This document shows, one piece after another, positions 1 to 9,338 of a DNA stretch of 64,000 nt. Numbering within the stretch: position 1 is the first letter of the stretch; each line of letters opens with the position of its first letter. Where the stretch lies: NCBI GenBank assembly GCA_963720565.1, contig CAVRFW010000005.1, positions 64,001 through 128,000 of the forward strand, in the 5' to 3' direction. The position numbers and the translations under genes are program-made. Origin of the DNA: Candidatus Bathyarchaeota archaeon. Lineage in GTDB: Archaea; Thermoproteota; Bathyarchaeia; Bathyarchaeales; Bathycorpusculaceae. The notes beneath the pieces are model-generated. The model searched no databases. It saw only the letters and a program-made list of their open reading frames with translations, and had not been told where the DNA came from.

Positions 1-20
1 ATTGTTGTAGGCATAAAAGG

Positions 21-1331
21 TTGACTGCAGAGCGAATTTCTTGTATCGTTCGCGACTCTGCAGGTAAAACAGAATTGCAGTATACAACAGGTTCAGAACC
101 CTCGGCTCGAAGGATGTTTGTTCCATCTTTGACAGTGGCTTTTTTCTCAACCATGATTATGGAAACCATAACCAGCATCTTCTTACTGGATGTTACAGCA
201 TCTTTCTTTGGGACTACAAATCCTGTTTCAATAGCGACAACAGGTCAGTTGGTCACTCTCTCAGGTATTGTCTCCATCTTCTTCGGAGTGCTGCTAAGTG
301 TTCTAACGGTCAAGTATGATCATAAGAAACTGCTGCTAGGTGGCGTTCTAGGAATCACATTAGGAACTGTAGGCTGTTTCTTAGCGCCTAATTTCATGTA
401 TCTTCAGGTCTTTTATTCTATGGAGGGAATTGGCACAATAATAGTCAACACAATGGCGTTCGCATTGATCGGTGAATTCTTAGTCTTGAACAAGAGGCCG
501 AAGGCTACTGGATGGGTAATTGCAGGAGCATCAATTGCAGGCATTGCCTCTGCCATTGTGGTTAATTTCTTCTTCTCAGGTGTGGAAGGTTGGCGTTCTT
601 TTCTGCTGTGGTTCGCATTGCCAGTCTCCTTGATTGCTTTGGCTGCTACATTCTTTGGTGTTCCCTCGGCTCCCCAAAAACCGAGTGTGACTACTGGAGA
701 GAGATCTTACTTAAGCAGTTTTAAACAGGTTTTTCTGCAGAAATCGGGTGCTGCCTGCCTGGCTGGCAACTTATTGAGACAAACAGCGGTTGGGTATGTG
801 GTTATCTATTCGGCAACCTTTTTCAGGACGCAGTTTGGGCTGTCCGTTAGCGACGCTGCATTATTCGTATTGGGCATAACTACAGTTTTCACGATAGGTT
901 CCGTCATAGGGGGGCATTTGGTGAACAGAATTGGACGCAAACGTCAACTAGTAGCGGTTTTAATCATAGCTGCTCCCTTTCTGTTAGTCGTGCCCTTTAT
1001 GCCGATTCTGTGGATCGCTGTTGCTCTGCATTACGTGTTCTATTTCATCTTCAGCCTGAGCAATTCTCCTAACATCAGTTTGACTCTTGAACAGGCACCT
1101 GAATCTCGAGGAACGATGATGTCTATGAGCACTATCTTCATAACCATTGGATTCCTCGTGGCAGCTGGTGTGGGCGGAGCTGCCCTTGTCCTGGCAGGCT
1201 GGACAGGAATGATTCTCGTCTTCGTTGCATTGGAACTCATCTCAGCTGCCATCTTCTCCTTCTTAACCAAAGACCCATGCAGAACACAATCAAAAAGATG
1301 GCTCCAGTCGGGAAACCACGCGCGCGTTTAA
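21..1331 (+). CDS. MFS transporter
   Basis: About 12 hydrophobic segments; MFS-like loop motif 'GHLVNRIGRK'; start uncertain (TTG 21 or ATG 114). Confidence 0.85.
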   Translation: MTAERISCIVRDSAGKTELQYTTGSEPSARRMFVPSLTVAFFSTMIMETITSIFLLDVTASFFGTTNPVSIATTGQLVTLSGIVSIFFGVLLSVLTVKYDHKKLLLGGVLGITLGTVGCFLAPNFMYLQVFYSMEGIGTIIVNTMAFALIGEFLVLNKRPKATGWVIAGASIAGIASAIVVNFFFSGVEGWRSFLLWFALPVSLIALAATFFGVPSAPQKPSVTTGERSYLSSFKQVFLQKSGAACLAGNLLRQTAVGYVVIYSATFFRTQFGLSVSDAALFVLGITTVFTIGSVIGGHLVNRIGRKRQLVAVLIIAAPFLLVVPFMPILWIAVALHYVFYFIFSLSNSPNISLTLEQAPESRGTMMSMSTIFITIGFLVAAGVGGAALVLAGWTGMILVFVALELISAAIFSFLTKDPCRTQSKRWLQSGNHARV

Positions 1332-1335
1332 AAAA

Positions 1336-1414
1336 TGGCGGGCCCGCTGGGATTTGAACCCAGGACCTCCGGCTCCGCAGGCCGGTGTCATAATCCGTAC
1401 TAGACGACGAGCCC
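1336..1414 (-). tRNA. tRNA-Arg(GCG), CCA encoded
   Basis: Reverse complement GGGCTCG...CCGGC-CTGCGGA-GCCGG...GGGTTCAAATCCC...CGGGCCC-G-CCA folds as a cloverleaf. Confidence 0.95.
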
Positions 1415-1418
1415 CCAT
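1394..1418. repeat. att-like direct repeat copy 1 (tRNA-Arg 5' end/D-arm)
   Basis: tccgtactagacgacgagcccccat matches 13121-13145 at 22/25, with a 12-nt identical core. Confidence 0.75.
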
Positions 1419-1433
1419 GGATGGACTATGGTA

Positions 1434-1863
1434 CTAACTTCCTAAATATGAAGTTTTTAGTTTTCGGAACAGTTTTGCATCGTCGATTTCGGTGACGTAT
1501 TGGAATCCGGCTTCTATTAGCTGTGTGGCTTCCTCAATTGTCTTTGCTGCTTTGCAGATGTATTCTTCGTTTTGCGGTAGCGCAAGCAATTGAGTATAGC
1601 GCAGGGTCGTTTTTAGGTTTCTGTGCCCGAGGAGTTTTTGGACGTACAGGATGTCTTTGGTTTTGGCGTATTCTGTGGTTGCTTTCCAGTGTCGAAGAAT
1701 GTGGAAGTGGATTTGAGCAGCCTGGGGTTTTGGAGTTTGAATGCCGTTCGTTTCCTCCGTTTTCTAAATGTCCTTTCCACGTTTGTGATCGAGTTGTAAT
1801 TCCAAAGTTTGTCTGATTGGCGCGGTTGTGCTGCGAGCATTTTCATCATACGCTAATTGCTCT
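1434..1863 (-). pseudogene. Tyrosine recombinase/integrase, C-terminal remnant
   Basis: Manual translation: ...RKRTAFKLQNPRLLK/(frameshift ~1712)IHFHILRHWKATTEYAKTKDILYVQKLLGHRNLKTTLRYTQL...*; HxxRH, LLGH and catalytic Tyr present, N-terminal half absent. Confidence 0.88.
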
Positions 1864-2073
1864 GCGCGCGCCTATAGGAACGTAAAGAAGCCAGCCTGGG
1901 CTGCGAGCTTTAGCTCAACTGTTCTCATAAGACTTAGCTTATGAAGTCAGAATAGACATGGCGTCTATGATGATATCACGTCAGTATGAAGGGATTTCGG
2001 TTAGGTTCTGTTTTCCCAAGATGATTTGACATTAGATTGCATTCTGAGGCGCCACACAAGAAAATAGCACGCG

Positions 2074-2166
2074 CTATTTTTTGACCTTCTTGTGTGCTGC
2101 ATAGCTTCTTAGATGATACCACAACAGCTTGTCATCTTCAGCTATTTCCCTTTTTTCTTTCACCAT
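2074..2166 (-). CDS. Putative 30-aa small protein (MVKEKREIAEDDKLLWYHLRSYAAHKKVKK)
   Basis: ATG-to-TAG ORF; stop abuts a CGCG motif; no recognisable family. Confidence 0.3.
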   Translation of the reverse strand: MVKEKREIAEDDKLLWYHLRSYAAHKKVKK

Positions 2167-2292
2167 TATTTACGACCAAGTGTCTTTCAACACAAGCGAG
2201 ATAGAAATGGAAAAATTGTAGATCGCGCGCGTAGGGTTTCAACACGATAAGAGGCCGCGGTTACTTATCCAGGGTCATTTTTGCTTTTGAAG

Positions 2293-2701
2293 TTATTCGC
2301 TTTTTGCCTGCTTTGTATCGTGAAGTGTATGATGCTGAGTCGGGGGTTTTATTTCGTCTTTGTTTGCCCCCTTCTCTAGAAGCTCCCGAATACGTTTTAA
2401 CTCAGCCAAAATTTGAAGATCAACATTTTCTGAAGCTGATGACGGTCTTCTCTGACGGTACTTCTCGGGGATATTCTCTTCGGGGGCGGTCTTCTGTTCT
2501 TGGCGGTCTATTCTTAACCCAGCACTCTGCGCAGTAGACAGGGCGATCTCCTGTTGGCTGGAATGGAACTTCACATTCCTTACCGCAGTCAGCGCAAACG
2601 CTTTTATGCATCTCTCTGGAGCTGCGATCGAAACCTTGCCTACCTCTGGGACCGTGGGAACGATCAGAACTTCGCCTCACTTTATAACCCATTTTGTTCA
2701 C
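2293..2701 (-). CDS. CxxC-x17-CxxC domain protein (probable frameshift ~2455 joining two ORFs)
   Basis: CADC-x17-CAEC with 'EVPFQPTGDRPVYC' and RG-rich flanks; overlapping frame gives a helical tail 'LQILAELKRIRELLE'. Confidence 0.8.
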
Positions 2702-2780
2702 TCCTTTTTTCTTAGGTACACCTAGAAGCTAGCTATCCTTTAAGACTTTGTTAAAACGCGCGCTATTAACGTATGAAGCC

Positions 2781-3341
2781 TTATTCGTAGAAAATGAGGT
2801 TTTGCTCCTCCAACATTACGTGAAGCTTACGCACTGAATCATAAACGTCCTGTTCCTTCTTCGCCCCAGTACAAACAAGGCTCCCGCTCGCGAACACCAG
2901 TATAACCACCTTAGGCTCAGTCATCCGGTAAATCAAACCTGGAAACTGTTCCGGTTCATACATGCAGCTTCCAAGCACAGTCACAGCCTTCTCCAAATCA
3001 ACATTTCCACCCAGACTTGCGGAAGCAACAATGTTCACGACCTCGAAGTCCGGCTTGCCGAGGACTATTATTCCACATTTCTTCAGTTCCTTGACAACTT
3101 TCATAACCGCTCCTCGCGCTTCTTTCCCTGACTTCGCGCCAGTACAAACCATCTTTCCAGTGCTAAAAATTAAAATACCCGTTTTAGGCCTCTTCAACCT
3201 GAAAACTAGCCCAGGAAACTGTTCAGGGCGATATTCCACGCCGGGGTATCCTTTCACAACAGCGTTCAAGTCAATTTTCTGGTTCAGACTTGAACAGGCA
3301 ACAACGTTCTGAATGCTTATTACGGCTTCCGTCTTCGGCAT
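2781..3341 (-). CDS. tbp: TATA-box-binding protein
   Basis: Two repeats YRPEQFPGLVFR / YEPEQFPGLIYR, NVVA/NIVA, GKMVCTGAK. Confidence 0.97.
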   Translation of the reverse strand: MPKTEAVISIQNVVACSSLNQKIDLNAVVKGYPGVEYRPEQFPGLVFRLKRPKTGILIFSTGKMVCTGAKSGKEARGAVMKVVKELKKCGIIVLGKPDFEVVNIVASASLGGNVDLEKAVTVLGSCMYEPEQFPGLIYRMTEPKVVILVFASGSLVCTGAKKEQDVYDSVRKLHVMLEEQNLIFYE

Positions 3342-3482
3342 TTGACACCAGCCTTATAGTGTAGGAGATGCTTAAATAGCCTCTATCAGCGTGTTTGGAA
3401 AATGGAAAGGACTTAATGCGCGCGCTTAAATCTATTGAGAAAGAAGCTCTATTTAGGCAGATTTTGACAATTTACCCATGAA

Positions 3483-3677
3483 TTAGCGCACTTTTCGGTA
3501 TCGTTCTTTCTTGAACTGCAGAGTGAAACTGTGTTTTCCCTGCCTTGAGTAGTCTCTGAACTTGGTTTTGCATTTGTCACATATGTAGGCTTTAACGGTA
3601 AACTGACTGAAATGCCATTTTTTGTCGGGTTTAACAATTTCAGTCTGACAGTTCGGACATTTTGTCACAGCAATCAA
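3483..3677 (-). CDS. Small zinc-ribbon protein, Cren7-like chromatin protein candidate
   Basis: CPNC...KPDKKW...VKAYICDKCKTKFR, basic, 64 aa. Confidence 0.6.
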   Translation of the reverse strand: MIAVTKCPNCQTEIVKPDKKWHFSQFTVKAYICDKCKTKFRDYSRQGKHSFTLQFKKERYRKVR

Positions 3678-3836
3678 GATTTGATTACGTCTTTTTTCAA
3701 TTTAAGATTTTGTGGTGCTAGGGGGCGAAGAGCGCGATTGATCGTCCGTCAGGAACCTGAAGCAATTTGATAGAAATTGCGGCAGCAATATTAGGAGCAA
3801 GAGGTTGTTAATGAATAGACGTGAGGAGGGAATTAT

Positions 3837-5492
3837 GTGGCTTATTTAACGCAAACTCAAAGTGGTCAACCTGTGCTTATTTTGAAGGAGGGGACCTCTC
3901 GAAGCAGAGGGAAAGAGGCCCAAAGAAACAATATTATGGCAGCTCGAGTGATAGGGGAAGTTTTGAAGACAACACTTGGGCCGCGAGGCATGGACAAGAT
4001 GCTCGTTGACAGTTTAGGCGACATAACAATAACAAACGATGGGGCAGCAATTCTAAAGGAAATAGATGTAGAGCATCCAGCGGCGAAAATGATGGTAGAA
4101 ATCGCCAAAACTCAGGATGACATGGTTGGTGATGGAACAACAACAGCCGTGGTTTTGGCTAGCGAATTTCTCAAGAAAGCAGAAGAACTGTTGGACCAGA
4201 ACATTCACCCAACCATACTTGTGAGTGGATACCGCAAAGCAGCCCAGAAAGCCATCGAAATCATAGAGAAGAACGCGGTGCCCATCGACGTCGAAGATCG
4301 AAAAATGATGATGAAAGTTGCTTTAACGTCCATGGGGAGCAAAGCCGTGGGCAGCGCTAAAGAGCGCTTTGCGGAAATAGCCATAGACGCCGTCAAGCAA
4401 ATCGCCGAGAAACGCGGAGACAAGATGATTGCAGACATAGACAATATTCAGCTTGTAAAGAAAACCGGTAAGAGTGTTCTCGAGTCCCAGCTAATTAGTG
4501 GAATAATCATTGACAAAGAAGTTGTCCATCCAGGGATGCCCAAGAAAAAGGAGAACTCGAAAATTGCACTCGTAAATTCTGCATTGGAGATTGAGAAAAC
4601 CGAGATGAGCGCAGAAATTCGTATACGTGATCCGAACCAGATGAAAGCGTTCCTAGACCAAGAGGACAGCATGCTCAAAGACATGGTAAACAAGATCAAA
4701 GCCTCCGGAGCAGACATCGTCTTCTGCCAGAAAGGCATAGACGATATGGTTCAACACTACCTATCGCAAGAGGGCATAATGGCTGCTAGACGAATCAAGG
4801 AGTCAGATATGGAAAAGCTCGCGAGAGCAACTGGTGGAAGAGTAACCTCTAACTTGGACGATTTGAAAGCCGAAGACTTGGGCTTTGCCGGTTTAGTGGA
4901 AGAGCGCAAGATCAGCGAAGACAAAATGATCTTCGTTGAAAAATGCAAAGATCCACATTCGGTGGCCATACTCATACGAGCAGGGCTTGAAAGAATGGTG
5001 GACGAAGCCGAAAGAGCAATAATCGACGCGCTGTCAGTAGTCTCAGACGTCACAGAAAACAATAAAATAGTCGCTGGTGGTGGAGCAGTAGAAATCGAAG
5101 TAGCAAAAGAACTGCGCAGATACGCTAACAAAGTCGGAGGCAGGGAACAACTCGCTGTAGAAGCATTTGCAGACGCAATGGAAATAATACCGAGAGCACT
5201 CACAGAAAACGCGGGATTCCAGCCAATAGACGTGCTAATCGATCTGAGAACAGCACACGATAAAGAAGACGGTAAATACAAAGGCTTAAACGTATTCACT
5301 GGAAAAGTCCAGAACAGTCTCGAAAACGGGGTTGTCGAACCACTCGTTGTTAAAACACAAGCTATAAAATCGGCAGTCGAATCCGCAACGATGATACTGC
5401 GAATAGACGACGTAATAACATCCAAAGCACCCAAAGGCGGACCAAGAGGTCCAGGTGGCGGAATGGGCGGCGGCCCCGAAGGGGAAGAATAG
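3837..5492 (+). CDS. ths: Thermosome (group II chaperonin) subunit
   Basis: [26 protein letters not shown], Gly-rich tail. Confidence 0.97.
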   Translation: MAYLTQTQSGQPVLILKEGTSRSRGKEAQRNNIMAARVIGEVLKTTLGPRGMDKMLVDSLGDITITNDGAAILKEIDVEHPAAKMMVEIAKTQDDMVGDGTTTAVVLASEFLKKAEELLDQNIHPTILVSGYRKAAQKAIEIIEKNAVPIDVEDRKMMMKVALTSMGSKAVGSAKERFAEIAIDAVKQIAEKRGDKMIADIDNIQLVKKTGKSVLESQLISGIIIDKEVVHPGMPKKKENSKIALVNSALEIEKTEMSAEIRIRDPNQMKAFLDQEDSMLKDMVNKIKASGADIVFCQKGIDDMVQHYLSQEGIMAARRIKESDMEKLARATGGRVTSNLDDLKAEDLGFAGLVEERKISEDKMIFVEKCKDPHSVAILIRAGLERMVDEAERAIIDALSVVSDVTENNKIVAGGGAVEIEVAKELRRYANKVGGREQLAVEAFADAMEIIPRALTENAGFQPIDVLIDLRTAHDKEDGKYKGLNVFTGKVQNSLENGVVEPLVVKTQAIKSAVESATMILRIDDVITSKAPKGGPRGPGGGMGGGPEGEE

Positions 5493-5660
5493 ACACCCTA
5501 ATTCCTTTATTGTAATAGCAACGTATACTGCTCTGAGGTTAGAGCACTGTGAGAGACGCAGAAGAAAAATATAGCATCTGGTAACAACCCGGAGAAAACT
5601 GAATTTTCTAAATAACAGAGTCAATTCTCGTGGTTGTTAACACGTTCTCTAACACTGTGG

Positions 5661-7301
5661 TTACATACCGCCGTAACCACCCCCTGGCATTCCGCCAGGA
5701 GGCATAGGCGGAGCTTTCATCTTGCCAGAGGCGATGACGTCATCAACCCTCAGTATCATTGTGGTGGCTTCAGTAGCGGATTTGATTGTCTGTTTCTTAA
5801 CAGCCAAGGGCTCGTAAACTTCGAGTTCTCTCATGTCTCTGATTTTGCCTTCTAAGACGTCAACGCCTGCCCATTTTTCGCCCTTCTCATGGCGGCTCCT
5901 AAGCTCTAACAGAAGATCTATGGGATCAAGACCTGCATTTTCACCCAACGTCAACGGCACAATTTCCATAGCCTCGCCGAAACTCCGAACAGCAAGTTGC
6001 TCCCTGCCCGGTAGAGTTTCAGCATAACCCCTAAGTGCTCTAGCCACTTCCATTTCTGGGGCTCCCCCTCCCGCAACAATTTTGGGCACTTGAACAACAT
6101 CGCGGACTACACATAACGCGTCATGAACCGATCGTTCAGCTTCTTCAAGGAAGCGCTTGTCTGCACCTCGTATTAGAATAGCAACAGACCGCGGGTTCTT
6201 GCATCCTTCAATGAAAGTCAACTTATCATCGCCGATCTTCCTTTCCTCAACAACCTCTGCAAAGCCCAGGTCACTTCTTGAGAGCCCTTCTAAATTGGTA
6301 ACGGCCTTTCCGCCGGTTGCCATAGCTAGTTTCTTCACATCCGACTCCTTAACTCGTTGCACCGCCAAGACCCCCTTCCTAGCTAAGAAGTGCTGAACCA
6401 TATCGTCTATGCCTTTCTGGCAGAAAACGACATTAGCGCCTGAGGAAATTATCTTTTCAACCATTGCTTTGAGCATACCCTCCTCTTCCCGCAAGAAAGA
6501 CGACATCTGTTCTGGACGTTCAATGTTGATTTTAGTATCGAACTCGGTCTTCTTAATTTCAAGTGCACTTTCCAACAATGCTATCTTTGCCTTCTCGACC
6601 CGTTTGGGCATGCCTGAATGCACAACCTCCTTGTCAAGAACCACCCCTTCGATGAGCTCGGTTTCAGACATGGATTCACCGGGCTTCTTCTCCACCATAA
6701 TATCGTCCAAGTCTACCGTGAAGTCTTCTCCAACTTTTCTGGCCACATGCAAAACGGCTTCAACAGCTATTTTGGCAAGTTGCTCCTTGCTCTCAGACAC
6801 CAGCTTACTAGCCATAGAGGTAGCAGCAACCTTCTTCAAGAACTCCTTTCCTGTGGGGTTAATTGGAATCGCAATGTTTTCAAGGGTTTCAAGAGCTTTG
6901 TCAGCTGCTTTACTGTATCCTTCAACGATTACTGTGGGATGGACACCCTTGTTTAACAAGTCTTCAGCCTTTCCTAAGAGTTCACCGGCCAAAATGACTG
7001 ACGTTGTGGTTCCATCTCCCACTTCCGCATCTTGGGTCTTGGCGACTTCAACCATCATCTTAGCAGCAGGATGTTCAATATCCATCTTGTCAAGTATTGT
7101 TCTTCCATCACTCGTAATTATTACGTCACCGGAACTATCCACCAACATCTTATCCATTCCTTTGGGGCCTAACGCGCTTTTGACCGCTTCTGCTATCGTT
7201 TTTGCCGCCATAATGTTATTTCGTTGGACATCTCTCCCCGTAGATCTTTCCGACCCCTCCCTCATAATTAGAACAGGTACACCACCTGTTTGCGTAGACA
7301 A
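5661..7301 (-). CDS. ths: Thermosome (group II chaperonin) subunit, second paralog
   Basis: LGPKGMDKML, GDGTTTS, GGM tail; TTG start at 7301 behind GGAGG RBS. Confidence 0.97.
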   Translation of the reverse strand: MSTQTGGVPVLIMREGSERSTGRDVQRNNIMAAKTIAEAVKSALGPKGMDKMLVDSSGDVIITSDGRTILDKMDIEHPAAKMMVEVAKTQDAEVGDGTTTSVILAGELLGKAEDLLNKGVHPTVIVEGYSKAADKALETLENIAIPINPTGKEFLKKVAATSMASKLVSESKEQLAKIAVEAVLHVARKVGEDFTVDLDDIMVEKKPGESMSETELIEGVVLDKEVVHSGMPKRVEKAKIALLESALEIKKTEFDTKINIERPEQMSSFLREEEGMLKAMVEKIISSGANVVFCQKGIDDMVQHFLARKGVLAVQRVKESDVKKLAMATGGKAVTNLEGLSRSDLGFAEVVEERKIGDDKLTFIEGCKNPRSVAILIRGADKRFLEEAERSVHDALCVVRDVVQVPKIVAGGGAPEMEVARALRGYAETLPGREQLAVRSFGEAMEIVPLTLGENAGLDPIDLLLELRSRHEKGEKWAGVDVLEGKIRDMRELEVYEPLAVKKQTIKSATEATTMILRVDDVIASGKMKAPPMPPGGMPGGGYGGM

Positions 7302-7470
7302 ACAACTTCTCCTCCACGTACAATTACTATGACTTGACACAGTAAAAGGTTTCCCAAATTGCCTTTTTCATGACGTGGAAACCTAAGGAATCGTAACAAT
7401 CCAGTGAGAAACAAAAATATTGCATGAAAAAGTGAGTGAGCAAAAAATGTCACTATACCCACTGTATCAA

Positions 7471-8043
7471 CTATTTCACTGTTACTTTGTGCTTTTTAGG
7501 CGCGGGTGCAATCGTCTTCTTTGGGATGCAAACTTCAAGTAATCCGTCCCTGAATGTGGATTCGGCCTTCTCAGGGATTACTTCTTCTGGGAACGACAGC
7601 TGTTTGTAAACATGCGAGTAAGTGCGTTCTCTGACAACAAAGTTCTTCCCCTTGTCTTCCTTTTCAACATCTGTTTCAGCCGAGATTTCGATACCATCCT
7701 TCGTCAGCGCCACGTCGATCTTGTCTTTTGCTACGCCAGGCAGCTCAGCATGCACTACAAACATTTTTCCCTCATCAACCAAATCTACAGTTGCCTCACG
7801 GACCGGAACAACAGGCTCAGCCCTAATCCAATCCCACGGAAAAGCTATACTTTGAGGAAAAGCTATGCTTTCAATGAAATTTCTGCGAAAATTATCCATC
7901 AAATCGTCAAAGGTCGTCAGAACATGAACTGCAGGGATATGCTTAGCAGGAATATGTTTAGCAGGAAGATGTTTTATAGGTTTTACTGCGATTTCAGTTT
8001 TTGTGACCGCCTTCACCGGCGTCTTTTTTTCTTCTTTACTCAT
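7471..8043 (-). CDS. Hsp20/alpha-crystallin small heat-shock protein
   Basis: AELPGVAKDKI, RER, 'FRDGLLEVCIPK', C-terminal V-x-V motif; GAGGTGA RBS. Confidence 0.92.
   Translation of the reverse strand: MSKEEKKTPVKAVTKTEIAVKPIKHLPAKHIPAKHIPAVHVLTTFDDLMDNFRRNFIESIAFPQSIAFPWDWIRAEPVVPVREATVDLVDEGKMFVVHAELPGVAKDKIDVALTKDGIEISAETDVEKEDKGKNFVVRERTYSHVYKQLSFPEEVIPEKAESTFRDGLLEVCIPKKTIAPAPKKHKVTVK
7931..7975. repeat. 3 x 15-bp in-frame tandem repeat in Hsp20 (KHLPA-KHIPA-KHIPA)
   Basis: gcagggatatgctta / gcaggaatatgttta / gcaggaagatgtttt. Confidence 0.85.
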
Positions 8044-8261
8044 TTTTTTCACCTCAATTAATTTATTATTAGTATTCAGTCTTCCTTATTACGTCTGGAA
8101 AAGGAACTTTTTCAACGCCACATTCTGAAACGGGGGGACCTCAGCTATTAGCCCTCACGCGCTCATAGCCTTTAGGTGTTGAGGGCTGGCTGGCTTTCCC
8201 CTACTGCTTTTTCCCAAAGGGACTTAAAATGGAGTTATTTGGAGATAGCGGGGACGTGGGC

Positions 8262-8405
8262 TTACTCGTTTTTGGCAATCCATGTTTTTACTGCTTCTTC
8301 GACGGCTCGGGTTAAGTCGCCTTTTTTCCCGCTGAACCTCTCGATTGTTTTGAACCTGAGCTGTTTCTCCAGCTCGTCTGGAAGCTCCACGCATATACGA
8401 CCCAT
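8262..8405 (-). CDS. Ribbon-helix-helix (CopG/Arc-like) DNA-binding protein, 47 aa
   Basis: MGRICVELPDELEKQLRFKTIERFSGKKGDLTRAVEEAVKTWIAKNE; GGTGA RBS; below ORF-track cutoff. Confidence 0.7.
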   Translation of the reverse strand: MGRICVELPDELEKQLRFKTIERFSGKKGDLTRAVEEAVKTWIAKNE

Positions 8406-8778
8406 TTTTGTTCACCGATTTTTATTTTATCAAGTTTTTTGTGCACGTTTCGACGTGTCAGATGTTTTTCCAATAAGCGAATTGCCAGATACTAATTTTC
8501 ATGTTTGTTTTTGTAATCATTTTTATTCACCTTATTCGCTTATCCACATAATACATAATGTGCATACTTGCTTATAAGGGTATTGATTTATATGTTTACG
8601 CGTGGCGCGTTTATTGGTTTCCCTACGAGTTTAAGGAACTGTTAGAAGAGATTTACCGGAATTATATGGAAAGGAAATAGGTAGCTTGCTTACTCTTAAG
8701 ATTTTCAATCAAAAAGGACTAAATACTAAAGTTGATAACAGCAGTTAACACAGGCAACCGGAAACAAGTGAGAAAAGA

Positions 8779-9015
8779 TTGACGAAAGAATGCAAATTTT
8801 GCGGATGCGAGTTAACTGAGGAAGAAATCGAAAAATACGGTTGTCTGTCAACCGAGGAAGAGGGCATAAAAATTGACACCCCTATATGCCCCGTTTGCGC
8901 TCTGACCAAAACCAAATTGGGCAAGGCAGTACCTGAAGAGGAACGCGAGAAATTCCTAGAAGAGTGGATACGCAGAAAGGTACCACATGAACCACGCGCT
9001 CCAGCCAGTGAGTAA
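8779..9015 (+). CDS. Hypothetical zinc-binding protein
   Basis: CKFC...CPVC. Confidence 0.55.
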   Translation: MTKECKFCGCELTEEEIEKYGCLSTEEEGIKIDTPICPVCALTKTKLGKAVPEEEREKFLEEWIRRKVPHEPRAPASE

Positions 9016-9034
9016 AATTTTTAAAGCGTGCGCG

Positions 9035-9240
9035 ACATAGATAGTCGATTATTTCTTCAACGAACAAGACATAGGTAACAGTTAATCGCAAGTTTGAAGG
9101 GGGACTTTGACAAATGGTTCACTGTTTATGCGGCAAAGACGCTAACGTGTTCGAGAGCGGCAAGACGGAATGTATTGATTGCTACTTGAAGCGGAAAAAA
9201 AGGCTGTAAACGCGGATAGCTGTCCCGAAATCAGTCGCTT
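9035..9240 (+). repeat. ~205-bp module homologous to 23928-24128
   Basis: Visually alignable throughout, e.g. gttaatcgcaagtttga, acgctaacgtgttcga, ctgtaaacgcg. Confidence 0.85.
9114..9209 (+). CDS. 31-aa zinc-finger micro-protein, paralog 1
   Basis: MVHCLCGKDANVFESGKTECIDCYLKRKKRL; conserved with paralogs at 12532 and 24004. Confidence 0.8.
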   Translation: MVHCLCGKDANVFESGKTECIDCYLKRKKRL

Positions 9241-9338
9241 GCGCGCGCGATTCTGTTCAGCTATTATGTTTTTGCGTTTTTCAATGGGACATAAGTGTTA
9301 AACGGCAAACTAACTTAATGCACATTGGAGGGAATAAT

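Noticed and set aside
1523..1849. ORF-track proteins 1523..1816(+) and 1613..1849(-)
   Set aside because: Antisense shadow and partly out-of-frame piece of the integrase remnant
4757..7332. Long antisense ORFs (225 aa, 307 aa) over the thermosome genes
   Set aside because: Codon-bias shadows of well-supported genes
8176..8577. 133-aa plus-strand ORF
   Set aside because: Overlaps the better supported minus-strand RHH gene; composition not protein-like
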